NCBI GenBank assembly: GCA_049798495.1
Contig: JBARGS010000165.1
Span: 1 to 62,869, forward strand
Origin: Candidatus Korobacteraceae bacterium
GTDB taxonomy: Bacteria; Acidobacteriota; Terriglobia; Terriglobales; Acidobacteriaceae
DNA length: 62,869 nt
Reading direction: 5' to 3'
The notes below the pieces were generated by a model, which was not told where the DNA came from, did no database searches, and saw only the letters and a list, made by a program, of their open reading frames with translations. The translations under genes and the position numbers were made by a program. Below are positions 18,413-27,869 of the stretch, one piece after another; within the stretch, counting starts at the first letter, position 1; each line of letters begins with the position of its first letter.

Positions 18413-20745
18413 GCCAGCGCCCGCACCGTGCGGCTCCGGCCTTGCCGCGTCACCAGCACCAAGAGATTCAGCAGCGCCGTAATTTCCTGCGTCGAAAGAT
18501 CGTCAGCCAAGACGCGTTCTTTGACGTGGTCAAGAAACCGACCAGTATCCTGCATACGCACCCCGTGTCGCAGACCGTGTTTGATTTCGTCACTATCCGA
18601 GCGTTTCAAGTCCGCAACGTCTTCGCCTAGATGGACCAAGGCCTCGCGCAAGTGTTCGCGCCTCAAATCGTCACGGTAGTAATTTTCGGCCATACGGTTA
18701 AATTCGCGTGCTTCGATGTGTAACGCCTTCTTGGCAGAATTGCCTAGCACACTGCTCACCAACCGATGACTGGCTTCCTGCTGCTCGTCGTTGCACCGCT
18801 CGGCAAGGTCTGCCAAAGTGACATGCATATTCATGGCTTCGGCCAGATCACTGGCCACCTGCTGGATATAAGCGAGCAGTGCCCGGCGATAGTCGCGGAT
18901 CGAAATTCGGAAATATCCGGGATGCCGACGGCTGGCACGAGTCTTCCTGCAGTTCAGCAGCATTGCGCACAGGAACTGGTTTCGTGAGTCGCGATGCACA
19001 TAGAAGGCCGGAACTCCCGCCGCGGAGAAAAAAAATGGCTGGCGGCGCTCGCTCTCTGAGGTGGGATCGTCCGGAATCTCTTCGTGCGTGACGTTGCCCT
19101 GTAGTGCCAACCGGTAAGCCAGCGCCAACAAGAACTGTTGCAGACTGGCTGCGGGAGCCATGTCGCGATCATAGCTGGGGAAGAGGCTGTAATATCGTCC
19201 CTCAAAGCCGGAGTAGCCGTCGCGCTGTTGTTCGCGCAATCGCAGCGGCATGTAAAAGGACATACGCTGGTCAACAATGCCGAGTTCGTCCAGTTCCGAC
19301 GATAGCCGCTGAATGTTACCGGTGGCTCCATCAAGAGCCGACGCCTGCTCGCTGGCCAGCCAAGCCACCGGATAGGTCAGCAGCCGGGAATCCGGAACCC
19401 AGTCGCCGCGAAGGTTGAAGAGTTTCGCGATCACGCTGTCGAGCACGCGTGGCCCGTAGGGCGTGAGGCGATGGCCGCATACGTTAAGTTGCGCCTTCTC
19501 CTTCCATTCACGCCACAGCAATCGCAAATGGGTAAAGTCCAATTCGTGCGGCAGGAACGACAGCAGACGCTCGGGGTGAAACTCCGTGAAGCCGATGCGG
19601 TGGGGAGCGGCACTATAGGTTCCGACAAACAGTGCGAGGAAGTGTTCGTAGATCTTGATGGCAAGATCGCCCAGGCGCTTCTCATCGTCGGGCAGAAACC
19701 CGGTTTGGCTTCGCAGCTGACGGCCGAGCAAGCGACTGCCAATGCTTATATGGATTCCATTGTTAGCCAGGCTAACGTTCGAAAGGCTCGGCAACACAAT
19801 CAGATCGTTGGCAATAATGCCGGCCTCACGTAGCTTGGCGATAGCATTTAGTTGACTTCGGCTCAGCACCTGGTGACATAGGTGCATGTACTGATACTTT
19901 TCTTCGCCATTGCTCCATCCCGCCAGGCACGGGCTCATGAATAACTCGCGATAAAAAGAGTCGGAGGTGCAGGATGAAAGCTCTTCCTGGTGCACTGTCG
20001 GTACCGGGGCGTGGTAGACCAGCGCACGCTGTCCACTCTCCAACAAACCAAAACGCCGGTTAGCCCATGAGATCAGCAGTGAGGTGAATAGAAATCGCCG
20101 CGCCGCATCACGAGCCACTTGCTCGCCCAGCGAACGCTCTTCTTCCGCAGTCACGATGTGGAATGACGTGGTCTCGGGCGAAGTGTTGTCATTCAGGAAG
20201 TGCCGCATCAGGAGAGACGCTTCCTCCCGCATCGCCTGCGGCATGTGTGGTTGCGAGCCGACCAGGTCGGCCAACGACAACTTCAGCGCATAGCTGAGGG
20301 GCAATCGAAGCCACCGGTCGCCGTTCTGCACGAAGCGAAAGCGCGACGCATCCGCGCGCTCGCCGACAGATCCATTCTTTGCAATTTGCAGATCACCCTC
20401 GAAAACGTGCAAAGCGTCCAGGCTGAGCCGCGATTCGGGGAAACGAATCCAACTGTTTTCCCAAACGCCGCGCGTGTCGTTGAGGAAAGCTTCCAAGTCG
20501 AGCAGGGTGCGCCGGGGACTTTCGCCACTTGCGCTGCGACGGGCAATATTATGAAAAAAGCGCGATTCGCGAATGCTGAGCGGCAAATCGCAAGCGCTGG
20601 ATCGGCCCGCCACCACGGCTTGGAGTTCATCTTCTGTACCAGCAGTGGCATCACGAACGCTAAAGGGAAGCTGATCCAATGCGATGTTTCCGCAATCGCG
20701 TAAGTCTAGAGATTCCAGAAATGCTTCAGCGCGAATCGTAGACAT
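18409..20745 (-). CDS. Large soluble protein of unrecognised family (778 aa)
   Basis: Long uninterrupted ORF with ordinary protein-like composition, no TM segment, no signal peptide and no P-loop. First gene of a translationally coupled three-gene operon. Confidence 0.75.
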   Translation of the reverse strand: MSTIRAEAFLESLDLRDCGNIALDQLPFSVRDATAGTEDELQAVVAGRSSACDLPLSIRESRFFHNIARRSASGESPRRTLLDLEAFLNDTRGVWENSWIRFPESRLSLDALHVFEGDLQIAKNGSVGERADASRFRFVQNGDRWLRLPLSYALKLSLADLVGSQPHMPQAMREEASLLMRHFLNDNTSPETTSFHIVTAEEERSLGEQVARDAARRFLFTSLLISWANRRFGLLESGQRALVYHAPVPTVHQEELSSCTSDSFYRELFMSPCLAGWSNGEEKYQYMHLCHQVLSRSQLNAIAKLREAGIIANDLIVLPSLSNVSLANNGIHISIGSRLLGRQLRSQTGFLPDDEKRLGDLAIKIYEHFLALFVGTYSAAPHRIGFTEFHPERLLSFLPHELDFTHLRLLWREWKEKAQLNVCGHRLTPYGPRVLDSVIAKLFNLRGDWVPDSRLLTYPVAWLASEQASALDGATGNIQRLSSELDELGIVDQRMSFYMPLRLREQQRDGYSGFEGRYYSLFPSYDRDMAPAASLQQFLLALAYRLALQGNVTHEEIPDDPTSESERRQPFFFSAAGVPAFYVHRDSRNQFLCAMLLNCRKTRASRRHPGYFRISIRDYRRALLAYIQQVASDLAEAMNMHVTLADLAERCNDEQQEASHRLVSSVLGNSAKKALHIEAREFNRMAENYYRDDLRREHLREALVHLGEDVADLKRSDSDEIKHGLRHGVRMQDTGRFLDHVKERVLADDLSTQEITALLNLLVLVTRQGRSRTVRALA

Positions 20746-21497
20746 CGACCCCTTGTGCGGCCATGCTCAACAATTCCTGAGGCCTCACCTGATAAGTGTG
20801 CGCTCACGGGTTAAGACAAAAGTAAATGCCACATGAATTGTGCATAAATTTGAGCCAGTGAGATGACAATAAAGGTTCGCGCGGAAACCTCAGCCTTCTC
20901 GCGTGCCTGTCCTCCGCAAAAACCTCTGAAGATCGCAATCTGCATGACTCATGGTGCAGATTCGGGCTTTTCCTGCGCGTCCCAAAAAACTCTGTTCGGC
21001 GTTCTTGCTTTGTGCGAAGCTGATCTCCCATGTTGCCGCTTCGATGCGTTTGGCAGCGCAACGTCCGCCCCGTCCTCATTGTCCTGTGGGAACTCCAGCA
21101 GGATGGTTTGCAGTTCCTGGAGTTCGTCGCCGGCTCCCGAGCAGTCGTAGCAGCGGCGCTGGCCGACGAGCTGAGTGTATTGAACCGTGCTGTCGTACGA
21201 TCCTGAAACAGATCCGACTGCGCGCAACAGACCTGCCCACCTAAGCTCTATTGACTTACCCGCAACACGACGCTATATAAACATCCAGCTCCGTCTTAAT
21301 CATTTCTTTGAGCGTCTTATTCGGACGCCGGGTGTATCCCTGCCTCCTCCGGGTCAACGGAACACAAGGGCCAACAAGTTGTGCTGTGAGTCACCTGCTG
21401 GGCTACGCCTCGTACGCGCACTATGAGGGAAAAGTGTGCTCACGGGCATGGGCACTCGCGACACGTCTCACTTCGTTTCAACTCTGGAGGATACTTC

Positions 21498-24400
21498 ATG
21501 AACTGCCACAGTTTTCGATTGCAGCTCTTCCGCACTGCTCTGGAACAGGCCGAGAAAAGTCTCTTCTTCGTGCTCTGCCTGCAGGCCGTGACTATTGCAT
21601 TCCCGGCGAATGTTGCGGCGCAGTCGCAGCCCTGTGTTTCGCATGACAAACCGGCGATCCTGTACACAGGCAAAACTTATGGTTATCTTCGAGCCAACGA
21701 TGATCGCTGGAAGTACGTTCCGCCCAATTCCGCCGCCTCCGCCTTTGGCGCTGCAGCGCACCGTATCCCCGACTCCGCCGCAACTGCGTTTGACACTGAG
21801 GCCGACCACATCCTCAAGGATTGCCCACAGGCGATCCTCGTCGGAATGGGAGACAATCTCGCGCCCGAATATGGGTCGCGAATCGCGATTCTTCCCTCTA
21901 AGTCCCCTGATGGCAAGAATGCACCACCCGGGGAGGTCATCATCACAGGCCAACCTATCGACCGGCTCGGCCCGGATTCACCTGCCAATGCTCAAGACTA
22001 CTGGAAACATTGGAATCTTCCTCCGCGACCGGACTGGATTGGCGAAAGCCCCGCCGTTCGTTTCTTCTTAGGTCAGCGCTGTAAGGAAGATGCAAACAGA
22101 ACTGTCAAATGTCTGCCTGCCGTGCGCCCCTATGACGCGCTTGTTCCTGGACAGCTCGACTTTTACTTTGGCGCAGATTTCCTGGCTCATGCCGGAGCTC
22201 ATGCCGGAGCCAAGGGCGAATTACCCTTGCTGGGCGCTAATCTCACCATCCAGGGTACAAAGCAGCTTCCCCAAGACCCGCCGACGTGTGCCCAGGGGCA
22301 GCTCCTGCTGCCTACGCAGGTCTCGCTTCCCATACAAGCCGGCGGTGGATCAGGCGGCGGGAAGGGCAAGGGCGGGAAGGGCGGTGGCGGAGGCGGGGGT
22401 GGCGGAGGAGGTGCTTCCGCAGCGGGAGGCGGCGGTGCTTCCAGCCAGGGCTCATCCGGCTCATCCTCCGGTCAGTCCGGTTCCGGTCAGCCGGGCCAAG
22501 CGTGTTTGCAGCCTGAAACCCCCGATTCGGCAAACCCCAATAGCCTAAAGCTGGTGAGTCCATCCGCCGACTCTATCTATCCCTGGAGCAGCGAATTCCA
22601 GGTCTCGCTGCCTGAAACTTTCACTAAGCTTACTGGCCTCTACCTGTGCTCATGGGATGCGTCCAGACTCACTCTGAAAGATGACAAGACGGACATCCGC
22701 GACTGTACTCTGCTGGAGCCGCTAAAGATGCAAAAGACTGAGGCGGAAGGGGCAAGCAAAACGGTTCCCCTAGTTGGGCGGGTTAGTGAGCAGGACATAC
22801 CGATAGGCGCCGATGGCCTTCCGAAAGATCCGCTATATATTGTCCGCGCTGATGGGAGCGTTACTCCGAAATATCGTCTGCTTCCTGATACCAACGTTCA
22901 AGTATGCGCCACTCGGGAAAATCCGAAGGACGCACAACAGAAGGACGACAAGAAGAAGGACGAGCCGCAGAAAGCCGAAATCTGTACCGCTACTCCGCTT
23001 CGCGTCCAACGTCCATTCTTCCCCAGGGCCTGGGTAACAGTCCGTGGTGAAGTTAACTATGCGATATTTGGCGCGCTCGATCCCGCCCTCACCGGACTCA
23101 TCTCGCCAGAGAATTCCAGCTTTGGAGATAATGACGAATACATCTCGCAAATCAAGATTCCCGATCCGGCTCCCGCACTTGAGCAATTGAGGGTTACCTT
23201 CGAACGCCTCAATCCGGAACCGCACCCACACTGGACCTATGTGTTACTGGCACAGATGCCGCGTTCCACAGCTCAGGCCTTGTCAGCCGCTTTGCAGTGG
23301 CGCCAGGAACATCCTCCTAAAGGTGTCCCTGGCCACCCGTCCTACCATTTTGACGTTATGCTCTCAGCTGCTGACTCCGCGGAAGCTACTCCCGACATGG
23401 ATCTAACCTTGGACCAAGACCGCCGGCCGACTCCCATCATCACGCCGCACCCTATTGTGATCGAGTCGAAAATGCGTAACCCGTTGTCGCTTCTTCAAAT
23501 CGACACTGCAGACATTCATCACGCGCACTACATAAACCACACTGACCCAGATGAGGATGAACAACCGGTGGTCGCGGAACACTGCACTGACGCAGATCAG
23601 GATGCACAAGTGGTGATCGCGAAACACTGCTTCTTCCAACATGCCTGCAAGAGTTATAAGACCATAAATGCCGCGCTCCAATGCAAGTCGGACGACTATC
23701 TCGAACAGCAACTGCCGTTAACTCAGCGCAAGCTTTGCAGCGCGAATAATAGCTTCCAGTGCCTGGCTTTGGAAATGATGCGTGAGCAGCTCGACGCTGA
23801 CGTTGCTTTTCTGCAACAGAACGATTTCTACAATGAATGTAATTATGAAGGCCCTGAGGGAGGAAACACAGCTTGGGCGCCCATTGAGATGGTGGGGCGT
23901 GTACTCTGGAATAGCGGATATCTGACTCGTGTTTCCGTGAGTGGAGCAACTTTAAGAACTATCCTTCAGAATAGCGACAAGATCAAACAGCAGGAGCAGT
24001 CCTCTACCAGTGAGCCCACCGTACGCAAGCAGGACCTCGTTACGTTAGGCGTAAGCAAAGCAAATGGGCTGTATTTCGTCGATGGAGCCGCTGTCGACGA
24101 CAACAAAATCTATGCCGTCGCTGCTTCCGATCAGTTGGCCTTCGAAACCGGCGCCTATCCTCAATTTGGACAGCTCGATCTGGTTGCGCCCAGTGTGTAC
24201 GTCGGCTGGGACAAACACACCTATTCCGTCGCACAGCTTGCCACGCTCCCGTTTATCCCCCCGACACAAGCCGATGCTCTCGACCGGAATAAAGTCGTTG
24301 CCCATGGTCCTGCTGAGTCGGAACCTTTAAAAGCTCCGTTAGGCCCGAAGTCGATCCCCTTGGCCAACGCTAGCGAAACGGAGCTGGCAGTTCAAAATCG

Positions 24401-25466
24401 CAACTTTCTGACACTCACACTGCAGCAAGCCTCCATAGGCTATACCAACTCCAAGCCCAGCCAGACCGACGCCAATGTCAATTCAAATCTGGCCGGAGTT
24501 ACTAATCCCAATGTAGCCTCTCCGCACAGCGATAGCCTTTCGTATAGCGATGCGTTTCGGCTCATCTACCAGCGAACTGCTCATTGGAACGTAGGATTTG
24601 ACCAGCTCATCTCCTTTTCCAGAAGCCGCCAGGGGTCGCTGACAGGAACAACCCAAATGACGCCTTCCGGGCAAGTTGTGCCGTCCGAAAGTATCAATCT
24701 ATCTGCGAACAGTTTAATCGCCAGTCCCTTTGTTGAGTTTCAACTACATCGCTATCAGGGCAAACACTGGAAGCTCGTCGCGCGTCCCATAACGTTCTCC
24801 ACGCAGCTGTCGCGCACCTTGCAATTCTTACCTACAGGCACAAAGGGCCTGGGATTGGTATATGAGCTCAACCTGCGGCGGCAGGAGAACTGGCAGCCCT
24901 CGGCAGGGGGCCGTTACGAGAAGGATGCCTTGAACTTCTTTGAAGCAGGCTACTTGAATCAAACCGCTCGCAATGTCCTCGCTGGACTGGATATCGACGG
25001 GACCCCACACTCCCTTACGGCCGGAGTGACGGCAGCCGAGGTTGCCGCCATGGCTATGCCGAAACCAAACAGCGGAAGCGTCGCAATTCCAATCTATGGA
25101 ACATTCCACCAGCAAGGCGGCTATTGGCTGGGAATGTATACCAGGGCCCTATTCGGCCATGCAAAGAATGTGAAGATCACTTATCAGGGTCTAACCTACG
25201 GCAACTTCTTCGCCTATGGACCCGTCGACCTAACCTCGACGGCGTTGACACGTTACGCAGCGGAGTTAGCTAATAGCCTGCAGGTCCAGCTATGGGGTAA
25301 TATCTCGATTGGCCCAAGCTACAACGTATTCTGGTTTCAAGACCAGAGTCACAGCGCCGGCGACAATCTCACCAGGCGCGACTGGAACCTACAACTGAAT
25401 TACCAGTTCGATTGGCACCAGGGCATCGAGTGGAAATACGCCTTGGCGGGAAAGACGGCGCAATAG
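21498..25466 (+). CDS. Very large secreted protein: degenerate 5'-nucleotidase/metallophosphatase-like N-terminal region, poly-Gly/Ser linker, 5'-nucleotidase_C-like region, beta-rich C-terminal part
   Basis: Signal peptide from the ATG at 21498 (SLFFVLCLQAVTIAFPANVAAQS). AILYTGKTYGYL, ILVGMGDNLAPEYG, YDALVPGQLDFYFG and LPLLGANL follow the order of UshA-type motifs (ILHTNDxHG, GGDxxxG, YDAMxxGNHEFD, FLSANI). A G/S run spans 22330-22500. The last about 400 aa are rich in alternating beta-strand-like segments. Confidence 0.8.
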   Translation: MNCHSFRLQLFRTALEQAEKSLFFVLCLQAVTIAFPANVAAQSQPCVSHDKPAILYTGKTYGYLRANDDRWKYVPPNSAASAFGAAAHRIPDSAATAFDTEADHILKDCPQAILVGMGDNLAPEYGSRIAILPSKSPDGKNAPPGEVIITGQPIDRLGPDSPANAQDYWKHWNLPPRPDWIGESPAVRFFLGQRCKEDANRTVKCLPAVRPYDALVPGQLDFYFGADFLAHAGAHAGAKGELPLLGANLTIQGTKQLPQDPPTCAQGQLLLPTQVSLPIQAGGGSGGGKGKGGKGGGGGGGGGGGASAAGGGGASSQGSSGSSSGQSGSGQPGQACLQPETPDSANPNSLKLVSPSADSIYPWSSEFQVSLPETFTKLTGLYLCSWDASRLTLKDDKTDIRDCTLLEPLKMQKTEAEGASKTVPLVGRVSEQDIPIGADGLPKDPLYIVRADGSVTPKYRLLPDTNVQVCATRENPKDAQQKDDKKKDEPQKAEICTATPLRVQRPFFPRAWVTVRGEVNYAIFGALDPALTGLISPENSSFGDNDEYISQIKIPDPAPALEQLRVTFERLNPEPHPHWTYVLLAQMPRSTAQALSAALQWRQEHPPKGVPGHPSYHFDVMLSAADSAEATPDMDLTLDQDRRPTPIITPHPIVIESKMRNPLSLLQIDTADIHHAHYINHTDPDEDEQPVVAEHCTDADQDAQVVIAKHCFFQHACKSYKTINAALQCKSDDYLEQQLPLTQRKLCSANNSFQCLALEMMREQLDADVAFLQQNDFYNECNYEGPEGGNTAWAPIEMVGRVLWNSGYLTRVSVSGATLRTILQNSDKIKQQEQSSTSEPTVRKQDLVTLGVSKANGLYFVDGAAVDDNKIYAVAASDQLAFETGAYPQFGQLDLVAPSVYVGWDKHTYSVAQLATLPFIPPTQADALDRNKVVAHGPAESEPLKAPLGPKSIPLANASETELAVQNRNFLTLTLQQASIGYTNSKPSQTDANVNSNLAGVTNPNVASPHSDSLSYSDAFRLIYQRTAHWNVGFDQLISFSRSRQGSLTGTTQMTPSGQVVPSESINLSANSLIASPFVEFQLHRYQGKHWKLVARPITFSTQLSRTLQFLPTGTKGLGLVYELNLRRQENWQPSAGGRYEKDALNFFEAGYLNQTARNVLAGLDIDGTPHSLTAGVTAAEVAAMAMPKPNSGSVAIPIYGTFHQQGGYWLGMYTRALFGHAKNVKITYQGLTYGNFFAYGPVDLTSTALTRYAAELANSLQVQLWGNISIGPSYNVFWFQDQSHSAGDNLTRRDWNLQLNYQFDWHQGIEWKYALAGKTAQ

Positions 25467-25937
25467 GCATCGTCAACTTGAAAATCAGCAACGCTATGAG
25501 CGGGGACCCAAGTCTCGGGCTTTTCGAGAACTCGTCGTTGATGCCGTCTCGCCAGAGCCGCTGACTTTCTGGCGTCGCGCCTCGACTTCTTTGCAAGGCA
25601 CGTTAAAAAAAATCCGCCTCCAGCGTCTTGTCCTCCAGCAACGGCTTCAGATCCGAGAAGTGATGCCGATGCAAGGCAGCCTGAGTGTCGGGCGCATGCG
25701 TCAGATGGATAGTGGGGAATCCACACTCGCTTGCGGGTTTGAATGCTGCCTCGATTTAAGGGAGACGATGAAATGAGGATTCTCGGATTTTGTCAATCTG
25801 CCGCTTCAGAATCACTACGAAAAGAGTTTGGGCAATTGTCGCGAAGAGGGTTTGCTGACTCATGGACGGCGTAGCACACTTGGAGGACCGAAGACCCCCG
25901 TCGGTATCGTGTTGAGGAGCTAAGAGGCACGCCCATT

Positions 25938-25977
25938 GCCTGCTACATTAGTTCGATAATTTCTCCGAAAGGACAAC
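25938..25977 (+). promoter_or_regulatory. Conserved 5' leader/promoter block of the AT-hook protein genes (copy 2)
   Basis: GCCTGCTACATTAGTTCGATAATTTCTCCGAAAGGACAAC is nearly identical to 31663-31701. It contains a GATAAT hexamer and an AAGGA Shine-Dalgarno-like element. Confidence 0.4.
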
Positions 25978-26307
25978 ATGGACATTCAAGGCATCGTGGC
26001 ACAACTTAGACAGGAGACTGGCCGTATCGAGCAGGCAATTGCAGCCCTTGCAGGACTGGGTTCCGAGCCCGCAAGGAGAGGCCGTCCACCCAAGGCAAGC
26101 CCAGTTGTGCAGGCAGGTGGAAGGAAACGTCGCACCATGAGTGCAGCGGCCCGAGCCAAAATAGCTGCTGCGCAGAGGGCACGGTGGGCAAAGCAGAAGG
26201 GTACGGCTCAGAAGAGGCGGGCTGGTCGCAAGCCCATAAGTCCTGCGGCCCGCAAGAGATTGTCGGCGATGATGAAGGCTAGATGGGCGGAGAAAAAGAA
26301 GGGGTAA
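25978..26307 (+). CDS. Small basic AT-hook protein with two NUMOD3-like repeats (paralog 2)
   Basis: MDIQGIVAQLRQE...; RGRPPK (AT-hook core); two modules MSAAARAKIAAAQRARWAKQKG and ISPAARKRLSAMMKARWAEKKKG. Confidence 0.7.
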   Translation: MDIQGIVAQLRQETGRIEQAIAALAGLGSEPARRGRPPKASPVVQAGGRKRRTMSAAARAKIAAAQRARWAKQKGTAQKRRAGRKPISPAARKRLSAMMKARWAEKKKG

Positions 26308-26450
26308 AGACGGGCGATGCTGCGCCCTTTCTCAAAGAATTGCAGAGATCTTGATCAGTGGGAAGAGGAGTGAATGCTGTCTCGAGAGTGTTTGTGCAAA
26401 GTGATGACGAAGCCGTGACGTCAGGCAACTTCATCAATGATTGACTTTGA

Positions 26451-26482
26451 GGATAATTTTGGAAAGTAATTATCCCTTGACA
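26451..26482 (+). promoter_or_regulatory. Perfect 8-bp inverted repeat abutting a TTGACA hexamer upstream of the protease gene
   Basis: GGATAATT (26451-26458), N9 spacer, AATTATCC (26468-26475), then TTGACA (26477-26482). GATAAT at 26493-26498 overlaps the first ATG. Confidence 0.3.
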
Positions 26483-26496
26483 GTAGGTACGCGATA

Positions 26497-27537
26497 ATGC
26501 TAGCAATGCTTTGCGAGGATTATCGACTCGGCGGCGAGCTGCACTACTACTTCGGTGATCCTGCCGAGACTATGCGCGTACCCGAAGAAATCCTGAAGTG
26601 CGTCGTGTATCTCTATTCTCAGGACGGCGATTCCGACGAAGAGCGACGCGCAATCGGTACAGCATTCTTTGTGAGTGTTCGCAGTAAAACGATGGAGGGC
26701 GTTCACCCATATCTTGTGACCGCAAAGCATTGCGTTGTCGGGCCGATGAAACGCGGCAGGCTGTTTGTTCGCATCAACACCGTCGAGGGTTCGTCCGCAT
26801 ATGTGGAGTTAAAGGATGGATGGATTTTTCCCGACGAGCCATCGGCGGATGTTGCTGTTTTGCCGTTTGCGCTCCCGCCGGAGATTCATGAGCGCTTTGA
26901 TTTTCGCGGTATCGCAGAGGCGAGGTTCGCAACTCCTGCCAAACATGCAGAACATGAAATCGGGATTGGAGACGAAGTTATCATCTCCGGTCTCTTCACT
27001 CGTCTCCGCAGCAAGCCAATAAATCACCCCATTGTTAGATTCGGCAACATAGCTGCTATGCCGATTGAGCACCTCGTGGATACCAAGACGGCGTTAGACT
27101 ACCGTGCCATACTGGTGGAGGTGCGCTCCATCGGTGGCTTAAGCGGCTCTCCAGTGTTTGTATACTTGGGACCGGAGCGCGTGCCCCCCAGCAAGGCACG
27201 GCGACCCGACAAGCGATTCTTGATGCTTATTGGGATAGTTCGCGCTCATTGGGAGCACGAGGAAAAGGGGATCGCGTTCAAAGGGAGCGCCTTCTCCGAC
27301 GAGCTTGATAAGGTGAACTGGGGTATTGCCGCAATCACTCCAGTGTCAGATCTGATGTCAGTTTTGTACGGAGACGAGCTAATGGCACGACGGAAAGAAG
27401 CAGACAACGAATACAGAATGCGGGATGGAACGACGGACGACTCTATTTCGCTGGACAAGGATTCCACGCCATTCACGCAGGCCGATTTCGAGGATGCCCT
27501 CAGGAAGACAAGCCGAAAGATACCAAAAGATAACTAA
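26497..27537 (+). CDS. Cytoplasmic trypsin-like (S1/Trypsin_2) serine protease with C-terminal extension
   Basis: His region GTAFFV...YLVTAKHCV, Asp region ADVAVLPF, Ser region IGGLSGSPVFV. No signal peptide. The true start may be an internal ATG (26506 or 26572). Confidence 0.8.
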   Translation: MLAMLCEDYRLGGELHYYFGDPAETMRVPEEILKCVVYLYSQDGDSDEERRAIGTAFFVSVRSKTMEGVHPYLVTAKHCVVGPMKRGRLFVRINTVEGSSAYVELKDGWIFPDEPSADVAVLPFALPPEIHERFDFRGIAEARFATPAKHAEHEIGIGDEVIISGLFTRLRSKPINHPIVRFGNIAAMPIEHLVDTKTALDYRAILVEVRSIGGLSGSPVFVYLGPERVPPSKARRPDKRFLMLIGIVRAHWEHEEKGIAFKGSAFSDELDKVNWGIAAITPVSDLMSVLYGDELMARRKEADNEYRMRDGTTDDSISLDKDSTPFTQADFEDALRKTSRKIPKDN

Positions 27538-27538
27538 C

Positions 27539-27841
27539 GTGACGGACGAAGATCGCGCAGCCATTTACGGTCAGGCTATGCTTTCACTAAAGCAGTGCAG
27601 GGCCGACGCAGCCGCCCTCCGCAGTTACTTCTCGGACTATGCCCAGAAGCTCGAAAGCGCACACATCATAGTTAAAGCCTTCCTAGAAGAGCCAGAAGCT
27701 ACACACCCAGTGCCGTGGGCTGGCGATGCTAAAAAGGCGAATTTAAGGCTGACCAGCGCAGACTTCGATGACAAGGTGGAAGAGTTCCTTCGAGTCAGGC
27801 GCCGGATACGCGAACTAGAAGACGAGGTGAGCAAGTTCTAG
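27539..27841 (+). CDS. Small helical hypothetical protein (about 100 aa), GTG start 1 nt after the protease stop
   Basis: VTDEDRAAIYGQAMLSLKQCRADAAALRSYF...EEFLRVRRRIRELEDEVSKF. Same strand as the protease, and the listed ORF 27425..27841 is in this frame. Confidence 0.45.
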   Translation: MTDEDRAAIYGQAMLSLKQCRADAAALRSYFSDYAQKLESAHIIVKAFLEEPEATHPVPWAGDAKKANLRLTSADFDDKVEEFLRVRRRIRELEDEVSKF

Positions 27842-27869
27842 TATTTCGACAGGCAAAGCTGGATTCGAG

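Noticed and set aside
20746-21497. ORFs of 91-112 aa in the long divergent intergenic region
   Set aside because: No recognisable motifs; they overlap each other in different frames. The region is flagged only as unusually long regulatory space within the operon finding.
25590-25745. Minus-strand frame reading ...FKPASECGFPTIHLTHAPDTQAALHRHHFSDLKPLLEDKTLEADFF*, which looks like the C-terminal end of a real protein
   Set aside because: It has no start codon, is only about 50 codons long and bounded by an upstream stop, and I recognise no family. It is probably a gene remnant at the island border, unproven.
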